A DNA stretch of 64,000 bases from an uncultured bacterium (GTDB taxonomy: Bacteria > Krumholzibacteriota > Krumholzibacteriia > Krumholzibacteriales > Krumholzibacteriaceae): NCBI GenBank assembly GCA_963786935.1, contig CAWBAN010000005.1, positions 192,001-256,000 on the forward strand. The letters run 5' to 3'. The position numbers were made by a program, and so were the translations under genes. This document shows positions 56,256-64,000 of this stretch, one piece after another. The notes beneath the pieces were generated by a model, which worked only from the letters and a program-made list of their open reading frames with translations, made no database searches and was not told the origin of the DNA. Every line of letters starts with the position of its first letter. Within the stretch, counting starts at the first letter, position 1.

Positions 56256-57470
56256 ATGAAGATACTCTGGCTGAAGAATAATCTGCTCCATCCGCTCGAC
56301 GCGGGGGGCAGGATCAGGTCATACCATATCCTCCGGCGGATCAACAGGAAGCACGAGGTGCATTACGCCGCGTTCGCCGATGAGCGCAGGGATGCGGCAG
56401 CGATGCGTCTCGCGTCCGAATACTGCCGCCGCCTGTTCACCGTCGAGCCGCCGCGCATCCCCGAGAAGAACACGCCCGGTTACTATGCGCGGGTGTTCGG
56501 GGGCCTCATCGACCCCACGCCGTTCACCGTATCATCGTATCGGAGCCCGACGATGCGCTCGCTCGTCGAGCGGCTCCTCGCAGCGAACGGGTACGATATC
56601 CTCGTCGCCGACTTTCTCGCAATGTACCTCAACGTGCCCGACGTGCCGTCGATTCCCGTCGTGCATTTCTCGCACAACGTCGAGGCCATGATCTGGAAGC
56701 GCCATGGGGACAACGAAAAGAACGCATTCAAGCGATTCGTCTTCAGACGCGAGCAGAAACGCCTCGAAGGTTTCGAACGCAGAATCGTCACGACGTCAGC
56801 ATTCACCATCGCGGTATCCGAGAAGGACTGCGGGCATTTCAGGCGCGTCTATGGGGCTACGCGGGTCGGATCCGTCGCGACCGGGGTCGACACCGGGTAT
56901 TTTGCCCCGCGGGGAAAGTCCGAGGATCCCGACTCGATCATCTTTCTCGGTTCGATGGACTGGACGCCCAACATCGACGCGATTCACCATTTCGTGAGAA
57001 GCATCTACCCGCTCATCAAGAACGAGGTGCCCGCCGCAAAACTCTCGATCGTCGGCCGCAGTCCCGATGTTTCCGTAACGGCGCTTCAGGAGAGGGATCC
57101 CTCGATCATCGTAACGGGCACGGTATCCGATACGAGAGACTACATCGACAGAGCCGCGGTTGCCGTCGTGCCGCTCAGGATCGGTGGAGGCACGCGGCTT
57201 AAGATCTACGAGATGATGGCGATGGCGAAGACGATCGTCTCGACGACGATCGGCGCCGAGGGTTTGAACTATTCGGACGGAAAGAACATTCTCATCGCGG
57301 ACGAAGCGGAGAGGTTCGCGCAGCTCGTGATCGAGGCGCTCCGCGACGGCCGCCGCCGCGGGGCGATCGGGAACGATGCCAGGGACTTTGTCGTATCACG
57401 TTGCTCATGGGATGCGGTCGCGGATGAGTTCGTGCAATTGCTCGACCGTGCGAAGAAAGGGTGCGGATAA
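56256..57470 (+). CDS. GT4 glycosyltransferase (PEP-CTERM/EPS-associated type)
   Basis: PLDAGGRIRSY, HNVE, GSMDWTPNID and GGGTRLKIYE. Confidence 0.9.
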   Translation: MKILWLKNNLLHPLDAGGRIRSYHILRRINRKHEVHYAAFADERRDAAAMRLASEYCRRLFTVEPPRIPEKNTPGYYARVFGGLIDPTPFTVSSYRSPTMRSLVERLLAANGYDILVADFLAMYLNVPDVPSIPVVHFSHNVEAMIWKRHGDNEKNAFKRFVFRREQKRLEGFERRIVTTSAFTIAVSEKDCGHFRRVYGATRVGSVATGVDTGYFAPRGKSEDPDSIIFLGSMDWTPNIDAIHHFVRSIYPLIKNEVPAAKLSIVGRSPDVSVTALQERDPSIIVTGTVSDTRDYIDRAAVAVVPLRIGGGTRLKIYEMMAMAKTIVSTTIGAEGLNYSDGKNILIADEAERFAQLVIEALRDGRRRGAIGNDARDFVVSRCSWDAVADEFVQLLDRAKKGCG

Positions 57471-58783
57471 TGAAGATAAGCGTCATGGGAATGGGGTACG
57501 TCGGATGCATTTCGGCCGCCTGCCTCGCGAACGAGGGGCATTCCGTCATCGGCGTCGATGTCAATTCTCTGAAGGTGGATTTGATCAACGGGGGGAACAC
57601 CCCCATAATCGAGGCTGGCATCGGAGATCTGATCGCCACGAATGTCGGGAGTGGAACCCTCCGCGCGACGACGAACGCGAGGGCGGCGATCGTCGACACC
57701 GATATAACGATCGTGTGCGTGGGCACTCCGAGCAGGGCGAACGGGAGCCTCGAGCTCGACTACATCGAGAAGGTGTGCGCGGAGATCGGCGCCGCGCTGA
57801 AGGGAAAAGACACGCGGCACCTCGTCGTTATCAGGAGCACGATTCTTCCGGGGACGATGCGGGGCGTGGTGATTCCGACGATCGAGGCACGGAGCGGTCT
57901 CGAGGCGGGTTCGGGCTTCGGCATCTGCTTCAACCCCGAGTTTCTCCGCGAGGGGACATCGATTGAGGATTACTATCATCCGCCCAAGATCGTTGTCGGG
58001 AGCGCGGCGCCGCAGGATGCGGACCGCGTGTGTGATCTCTACAAGGGCATCGCCGCGCCGACAATCAAGACAACCCTCGAGGTCGCCGAGATGGTGAAAT
58101 ACGTGGACAATTGCTTCCACGCGCTCAAGGTCTGCTTCGCGAACGAGATCGGGAACGTTTGCAAAGAACTTCAGATCGATAGCCACGCCGTTATGGATAT
58201 CTTTTGCAGCGATACCAAACTCAACCTTTCGAGCTACTATTTCAAGCCCGGGTTCGCCTTCGGAGGCTCGTGTCTTCCAAAGGACCTTCGGGCGCTCACC
58301 TACAAAGTGAACGATCTCGATCTCAAGGCGCCGGTTCTCGCGGCGATCCTCGACAGCAACGAGTATCAGATCAAGCGCGGGGCGCAGATGATCCTCGATA
58401 AAGGGAAGAAGAACGTCGGCGTGCTCGGTTTCAGTTTCAAGGCCGGCACCGACGATCTTCGCGAGAGTCCCATGGTGGCGCTCATCGAGCTTCTCATCGG
58501 CAAGGGGTATAAGCTCAAGATCTACGATACGAACGTGAATCTCGCGAAGCTTGTCGGCGCTAATAAGGAGTACATCGAGAAGCACATCGAGCACATCTCG
58601 GCCCTCATGACGTCGAGTGTCGAGGAGCTCGTTTCCTTCGCCGAGATAATCGTCATTGGCAACAAAGCGGAAGAGTTCGTGAAGATTCTTCCCCTGCTCA
58701 CCGAGCGCCACGACGTCATCGACTTCGTGCGGATCGCGAAGGAGGTTCGCACGAAGGCCCGCTATGAAGGATTGTGTTGGTAG
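57470..58783 (+). CDS. Nucleotide-sugar dehydrogenase (GDP-mannose 6-dehydrogenase/AlgD-like)
   Basis: GMGYVG, NPEFLREG, FGGSCLPKD and FKAGTDDLRESP; ends YEGLCW. Confidence 0.92.
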   Translation: MKISVMGMGYVGCISAACLANEGHSVIGVDVNSLKVDLINGGNTPIIEAGIGDLIATNVGSGTLRATTNARAAIVDTDITIVCVGTPSRANGSLELDYIEKVCAEIGAALKGKDTRHLVVIRSTILPGTMRGVVIPTIEARSGLEAGSGFGICFNPEFLREGTSIEDYYHPPKIVVGSAAPQDADRVCDLYKGIAAPTIKTTLEVAEMVKYVDNCFHALKVCFANEIGNVCKELQIDSHAVMDIFCSDTKLNLSSYYFKPGFAFGGSCLPKDLRALTYKVNDLDLKAPVLAAILDSNEYQIKRGAQMILDKGKKNVGVLGFSFKAGTDDLRESPMVALIELLIGKGYKLKIYDTNVNLAKLVGANKEYIEKHIEHISALMTSSVEELVSFAEIIVIGNKAEEFVKILPLLTERHDVIDFVRIAKEVRTKARYEGLCW

Positions 58784-58784
58784 C

Positions 58785-60887
58785 ATGGCTGCAGTCGTTC
58801 AATTGCGCAGGCTCACCCTCGGAGAGCTCGCCTTCAGGCTGGCCGAGGAATTGAGGTTCGCTCGGGAGCGCGTCGCCGCACGAAAGGGGATTGCCTCGCA
58901 TGCGGGAGCGTCGCGGCCGGACGAAACCGTTCCGCGGATTCTCTTCGCTTCGTTGCGGGAGCCCGAAGCGTCGCGCCGACTCTGGCTCGAGTTGTTTCCC
59001 GAATCGGCGCGCGAATCTGTCGCGATCTCCGATCAGATTCTCGCAAACCGGTTCCCCCTCTTTTCCGATGTCGTTGATTTCGGCGCTCATATCGACTGGC
59101 ACCTCGACTATCACTCTCAAAAACGGACGCCGCTCAGCTTCTATCGCGATCTCCATCGCGCCGACCCCTGCGTCGTTGGGGACACGAAGAACATCTGGGA
59201 GCTCAACCGCCAGAATTATCTCCTGCACCTCGGGAAAGCGTATTTCGCGACGAGGGAGAGGCGGTACTACGAGAAATGGAAAGAGATCATTCTATCGTGG
59301 ATCGAAGGCAACCCGCATAATCGCGGCATTAACTGGGAAAGCAGCATAGAGCTGGCGATCAGGGCCATCAACTGGATCTGGTCGAGCTGGTTCTTTATCG
59401 AGGAACTGAAACAGGATCCGGCGCTGCGTGAGGCGTTCCATGCGGCGCTCTCGGCGCATGCGCGGCATATCAACGATCACCTCTCGTTCTATTTCAGCCC
59501 GAACACGCACCTCACCTGCGAGGCCCTCGGTCTCGTGTACATCGGCGCGTCGTTCCCGTCCATTCCGTCGGCGTCGCGATGGGTGTCGCGCGGCTTCGAC
59601 ATTCTCGAACGGGAGCTCGCTCGACAGGTGCTCGACGACGGCGGCTATTTCGAAATGGCAACCTACTATCACAAGTACACGATCGATTTCTACTTGCAAT
59701 ACCTCGTGCTCGGGGAGGACCGCGCGCGGCAGGCCCCGGACGCGGAGTCGAAGATCAAGAAACTCATCACGCATCTCGCGCTGATCGCGGAGCCCGAAGG
59801 CACGATTCCCCTCTTCGGCGATTCCGATGGGGGTGAGCTCCTGCACCTGGGGATGAACAAGCGATCCGTGAAAGGCGCCTGCTGCGCCGCAGCCGCGCTT
59901 CTCGGGGATGCGGAGCTCGCCTCCCTCTGCGACAACGCATACGCGGAGGAGGCGTTTTGGCTCCTTGGAAGAGCCGGTTTCGAGACGTTCGGTAATCTGA
60001 ACCGCGGCGACCGGCGTGCGACGCACCATTCGATCAACAAAGCATCGGGCGTCTTTTGCTTCAGAACGGGAATGCGCGAACGGGACGCCTACGTGACGAT
60101 CGATTGCGGCCCGCATGGCTGGAGGGCCTGCGGGCATGCCCATGCCGACCTGTTGAGCTTCGAGTGGTATTGCGACGGCGCGAAAGTCGTCGTCGATCCG
60201 GGTACCTATACGTACAAAGGCTCGAGGCAATCGCGTGATGAAGCGCGGAGCAGCCAGCGCCACAATACGATTACGATCGACGGCATCTCGCAGTCGATTC
60301 CGGGCGACACGTTCAAATGGAAAACGATTGCCCACCCGAAATACGCGGCCGCGCGGACATTCAAGCGATATGGGCTCTTCGAGGGGGAACACGACGCCTA
60401 TGAAGCACTCGGGTGCCGGCATCGGCGCTCGGTGCTGTTCCTGGGCGCCGAGCTCACGGTGGTCGCCGATTTCGTCAAGGTGGCGCGACCCCGGGCATCG
60501 CTCCTCTCGAACCTGCAGTTCGGCGAGGGGACGCTCGAGCGGGTCGGCGCTCACGCGTACCGCTTTGTGCCCGCCTGCAATTCGAAGAGCTATTACGTGC
60601 GCCTCATGGGGACGCGGGATTTCGATACTGCCGTCGAGGAATCAGAAATCTACCCCGACTATAACAGGGCCGTGAGCGCGCCGAGACTCATGCTGACGGA
60701 GCGTGATCTCTGCGCCGATCAGGTGATCGTCATGCTCTTCGGAACGGATTCCGCGCTGCTCCGGAGCTTTGGCCTCGGCGGCGGTATGATTCTTAAGGGT
60801 TTCGCGGCAGAGCGCGAATATGAAATCCATCTTGCGCCCGAAGGCATCGACGCGGTATCAATCGACGCGAAAGCGCTTCCATTATGA
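58785..60887 (+). CDS. Heparinase II/III family protein
   Basis: WELNR, NWESSIE, PNTHL, DGGYFE, GDSD, GHAHAD, DPGTYTY and HNT. Confidence 0.9.
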   Translation: MAAVVQLRRLTLGELAFRLAEELRFARERVAARKGIASHAGASRPDETVPRILFASLREPEASRRLWLELFPESARESVAISDQILANRFPLFSDVVDFGAHIDWHLDYHSQKRTPLSFYRDLHRADPCVVGDTKNIWELNRQNYLLHLGKAYFATRERRYYEKWKEIILSWIEGNPHNRGINWESSIELAIRAINWIWSSWFFIEELKQDPALREAFHAALSAHARHINDHLSFYFSPNTHLTCEALGLVYIGASFPSIPSASRWVSRGFDILERELARQVLDDGGYFEMATYYHKYTIDFYLQYLVLGEDRARQAPDAESKIKKLITHLALIAEPEGTIPLFGDSDGGELLHLGMNKRSVKGACCAAAALLGDAELASLCDNAYAEEAFWLLGRAGFETFGNLNRGDRRATHHSINKASGVFCFRTGMRERDAYVTIDCGPHGWRACGHAHADLLSFEWYCDGAKVVVDPGTYTYKGSRQSRDEARSSQRHNTITIDGISQSIPGDTFKWKTIAHPKYAAARTFKRYGLFEGEHDAYEALGCRHRRSVLFLGAELTVVADFVKVARPRASLLSNLQFGEGTLERVGAHAYRFVPACNSKSYYVRLMGTRDFDTAVEESEIYPDYNRAVSAPRLMLTERDLCADQVIVMLFGTDSALLRSFGLGGGMILKGFAAEREYEIHLAPEGIDAVSIDAKALPL

Positions 60888-61978
60888 GTCGTGCGCTCGA
60901 ATACATGAAGGATCGCCCCACCTACGAGGCTCAGCCGCGGGCCGTCGCGTTCTACCTGTTCATGAAAAGGGCATTTCTGCTCTTCTTCAAACTCCTCGGT
61001 CTCTTTCGTCTGTCGAGCCGTCTCACGCGCAGAGGTTGCCGCATACTCTGCTACCACGGTTTCTCGCTCGCTGACGAAAGCGCATTCAGCAGGCGGACAT
61101 TCATTGATCCCGATACCTTCGAGAAACGAATGGCGTTTCTCAAGAGAAACGGCTTCCGCGTGCTCGGGCTCGATGAGGCGCTCAGGCTCCTTGATGCGGA
61201 CGCGATGCCGCCGAAGGCGACCGTCATAACGATAGACGATGGATTCCTGAGCGTGCGCACCGTTGCCTGGCCCGTCCTCGAGAAGTATCGTTTCCCCGCG
61301 ACGATCTACGTGTCGACCTACTACGCGGTCAAGGAGAATCCCGTCTTCAACCTCGCGGTCCAGTACATGTTCTGGAAAACGAGAAAGACCGAGATCGACG
61401 TTACGGGAATCGGCATCCCTCGATCAGGCGTCGTCTCCTTGGGCGAAAAGGACGCAAAGACCGCGCTCCTCTGGGAGATCATCCGGCACGGAGACGCCGA
61501 TTGCGACGAGGAGGGGCGAGTGAGGCTCTCGTGCGCGATCGGGGAGCGCCTGGGCGTCGATTACGAGGGCATCGCGAAAAGTCGCATGCTCAGCATCATG
61601 ACTCTCGATGAGATCAAGGAGCTCGCCGCGTCCGGCGCCGACATCCAGCTCCACACGCACCGGCATGAATTTCCGCGGGTCCGCGAGAGCGCCCTTCGCG
61701 AGATACGGGACAACCGGGCGGTGCTTGAGCCCATCGTCGGAAAGACGCTCGAGCATTTCTGCTACCCGAGCGGGTTCTGGGCCGAGGATCAGTGGCCCTG
61801 GCTCGCTGAAACGGGCATGCGAAGCGCCGTCACCTGCGAGAGCGGATTGAATTATCGGGATACGCCGCGCTACGGGCTCAGGCGAATCGGGGACGACGAG
61901 GGTTTGTCCCAGATAGAACTGGAAGCGCAGATGTGCGGTTTCTATGAAATGTTCCGCCCGTTCATCAAATCGCGGTAG
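60884..61978 (+). CDS. Polysaccharide deacetylase (NodB/CE4)
   Basis: ILCYHG, ITIDDG, HTHRH and FCYPSG. Confidence 0.9.
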   Translation: MSRALEYMKDRPTYEAQPRAVAFYLFMKRAFLLFFKLLGLFRLSSRLTRRGCRILCYHGFSLADESAFSRRTFIDPDTFEKRMAFLKRNGFRVLGLDEALRLLDADAMPPKATVITIDDGFLSVRTVAWPVLEKYRFPATIYVSTYYAVKENPVFNLAVQYMFWKTRKTEIDVTGIGIPRSGVVSLGEKDAKTALLWEIIRHGDADCDEEGRVRLSCAIGERLGVDYEGIAKSRMLSIMTLDEIKELAASGADIQLHTHRHEFPRVRESALREIRDNRAVLEPIVGKTLEHFCYPSGFWAEDQWPWLAETGMRSAVTCESGLNYRDTPRYGLRRIGDDEGLSQIELEAQMCGFYEMFRPFIKSR

Positions 61979-62994
61979 AGCGCGAGCACTTCCTCGATGT
62001 TGCCGCTGTTTTCCGGCCCCGGCACGCGTTCCTTCTCCTGCAGCCCCAACCGCTCTTCGATCGCGCCGCGGAGCGCGTCGGGATCGCCGATCGGAACGAG
62101 ACGCACCCCCTGCGGCCTGAGTCCGGTGTCCGTCGCGACGACGGGCACGGCGAGGTGCAGAGCTTCTCTCACGGCGATGGAATCCCCATCGTAACGGGAC
62201 GTCCGGAGGAACACGTCGCACCGGCGGATCGCTCCGAGCGTTTCCTCGTGCGGCATGTCCCCGCACAACAGAACATCCCCCGCGTAGGGCTTCCCGGCTA
62301 TCCGCGCCCGCAGGTCCCCCTCGAGACTCCCCGAACCGATGATCACGAGCCCCGCCTTCGAGTGTTGCTCGCGGGTACGCCCGAGGGTGTCAATCTGGAG
62401 AGAGAGATCGTATTCCGGTTCGAGAAGCCCGACCGTACAGAGGACGGGATCGTGCGCTGCGAAGAAGTCCTCGAGCCGTTCGCTCAGACGGCGGTCCCGT
62501 GGCGCCGGAGGAAGGGCGTGCGGCAGGATGAGCAGCACTTTTTCCGGCTTCAGGCCGAAGCGATGGAAGAGCCCGACGAGCTCGGGATTGACGCAGATGA
62601 TCCGGTCGAATCGGCGGAAGACGAAACCTCTCAGCGTGAGCGGTCGCGCGCTCAGCCCCGCCGGCGAGGCGGGATACCCTCCCGAATGGAAAGTGAGCAC
62701 CGCTTTCTTCCCCGGAATCGAGCAGCAGGCAAAGGCGAGCGCGAGGAGCCGCGTCGTGACGTTTCCGCCGATATGCAGGTGCACGATGTCGTAGCGGAGC
62801 CGCACGAGGAGCCGGAGGAGCCCGAGCCCGTTCCTCGGGTAGTAGATACCGTCCGCGTCGGGCTTGCGGTGGCGCGTGATGTTGATGACCTGCGGAGAGA
62901 AGCCGTTGCCGAGCAAGAGCCGATGGATAGCGACCAGGTTGCTCTGCACGCCGCCGTGGGGAGGAGGATAGGGGCCCAGCTGAAGCACTCGCAT
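61942..62994 (-). CDS. GT4 glycosyltransferase
   Basis: GPYPPPHGGV, HLH, TFHSG and DGDSIAVREAL. Confidence 0.88.
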   Translation of the reverse strand: MRVLQLGPYPPPHGGVQSNLVAIHRLLLGNGFSPQVINITRHRKPDADGIYYPRNGLGLLRLLVRLRYDIVHLHIGGNVTTRLLALAFACCSIPGKKAVLTFHSGGYPASPAGLSARPLTLRGFVFRRFDRIICVNPELVGLFHRFGLKPEKVLLILPHALPPAPRDRRLSERLEDFFAAHDPVLCTVGLLEPEYDLSLQIDTLGRTREQHSKAGLVIIGSGSLEGDLRARIAGKPYAGDVLLCGDMPHEETLGAIRRCDVFLRTSRYDGDSIAVREALHLAVPVVATDTGLRPQGVRLVPIGDPDALRGAIEERLGLQEKERVPGPENSGNIEEVLALYRDLMNGRNIS

Positions 62995-63004
62995 GTTCGT
63001 ATCG

Positions 63005-64000
63005 CTAGTAGAGGATCGCTTCGAGATCGATGGCGCACGGCGTTTGCGTCCGCGCCGATTCGAGCATGCGCAGTCCGCCGATCGTCGCGCGCGCGCCGTC
63101 CCGCTCGGTGACCTCGGGCGGTTCGCCGCTGCGCAGACTCGAAAGGAAGGACGCCATCTGCATATCGTACCCCTTCGCGGGCCAGAGGCGGGATTTGGTC
63201 CTGCTCACAGCGCCCATGACGGTGGACCGCTTGAAGTTCTCCGCGACTGCGCCGCCGCCGTTCACGAACACCTCGACGCGTTCCCCCTGTGAAGCCTTGC
63301 TCCCGACGGTGCAATAGGTGAAATTCGCGATGGACCCGTCCGCGAAAAAGAAACTCGCCGCGATATTGTTCTCTCCGATCGGTTCGGCCGCGCCCGTCGG
63401 CAAGCTGAACGCGGAGACGCCGACCGGCTCCGACCCGAGGAGCCAGTACATGAGGTCTATGAAATGGACCGCCTCTCCGAGAATCGCCCCGCCGATCGAT
63501 GGATCGGCGCCCCAGAAGGAGCCTGACATGCCGGGCGAATTGATGCGGCAATTTATCACCGCGGGGCCCGATCGTCGCGCCGCGAATTGTTTGAGCTCCC
63601 GATAGCTCGGCGCGAAGCGTCTGTTGAATCCGACCGACAGACGCTTGCCGCTTTCACGCACCGCCCCCAGGAGCGCGCGGCATTCATCCTCCGTGAGCGC
63701 CATGGGCTTCTCGACGAAGACGTGCTTACCCGCCTTGAGCGCCGCGAGCGCCTGCTCCGCATGATATTGATGGCGGGTGGTGATGATGACGACGTCGATC
63801 GCGGGATCCTTCAGAATATCCGCGTAATCCGTGCAGCAGTAAGCCGCGCCGTACCGGCGCGCGTAACTCTTGGCGCGCACGCCGTTCGTCGCGCATACTG
63901 CGCGCAGCGTGACGTTCGGAGTCTTCTTGATGCGTGGCATGTGCGCCCACCGCACGATGTTCGACGCCCCGACGAGGGCGACGCGCAGGCCCGAGGAGCC
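63005..64000 (-). CDS. Gfo/Idh/MocA oxidoreductase (5' part outside the window; possibly the C-terminal half of a bi-domain oxidoreductase)
   Basis: LRVALVGASN, HVFVEKPM, VGFNRRF and GEAVHFID; the frame is open to the window edge. Confidence 0.88.
   Translation of the reverse strand, partial: GSSGLRVALVGASNIVRWAHMPRIKKTPNVTLRAVCATNGVRAKSYARRYGAAYCCTDYADILKDPAIDVVIITTRHQYHAEQALAALKAGKHVFVEKPMALTEDECRALLGAVRESGKRLSVGFNRRFAPSYRELKQFAARRSGPAVINCRINSPGMSGSFWGADPSIGGAILGEAVHFIDLMYWLLGSEPVGVSAFSLPTGAAEPIGENNIAASFFFADGSIANFTYCTVGSKASQGERVEVFVNGGGAVAENFKRSTVMGAVSRTKSRLWPAKGYDMQMASFLSSLRSGEPPEVTERDGARATIGGLRMLESARTQTPCAIDLEAILY

Noticed and set aside
375..64000. Many long overlapping ORFs (e.g. 14166..17093 -, 21197..24646 -, 20200..23058 +, 27441..29711 +)
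   Set aside because: They are R/A/G/P-rich shadow frames of well-supported genes, as expected in high-GC DNA, and show no family motifs.
1..64000. CRISPR array, rRNA, tRNA, transposase or integrase
   Set aside because: I saw no regularly spaced repeats, cloverleaf or rRNA signatures, or recombinase motifs by eye.

Overview
High-GC bacterial DNA devoted almost entirely to cell-envelope glycans. It is probably from an FCB-associated lineage such as Krumholzibacteria, Eisenbacteria or Latescibacterota; this is inferred from the PorV-like gene, the FlgD-Ig/T9SS-like C-termini and the 'WGxxK' tails. The window holds three Wzx-type flippases, GT2 and GT4 glycosyltransferases, Wzz- and O-antigen-ligase-like genes, and four or five polytopic GT-C-fold proteins, one of them strikingly DPY19-like. 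It also holds two separate adenylation-enzyme + ACP modules, NadE-, WbpG- and AsnB-type amidotransferases, and a large EPS operon (about 47-62 kb) that contains an HprK-like kinase, a divergent RtcB-like ligase and an APH-like kinase. A short housekeeping stretch (Na/Pi cotransporter, GltP-like symporter, UbiA, nitroreductase, TrmH) separates the blocks. The most notable signals are: a shared C-terminal 'S/T-W-G-A-[IV]-K-x-L-[YF]-R-stop' tag on two unrelated secreted proteins; the RtcB-like/kinase module inside a polysaccharide operon; the bacterial DPY19-like protein; three sigma54 promoters; a duplicated 59-bp upstream element; and a G10 tract that frameshifts the kinase. Several single-base frameshifts at 5.2-8.1 kb are probably assembly errors. 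I saw no rRNA, tRNA, CRISPR array or mobile element. All calls come from reading motifs by eye; no searches were run.
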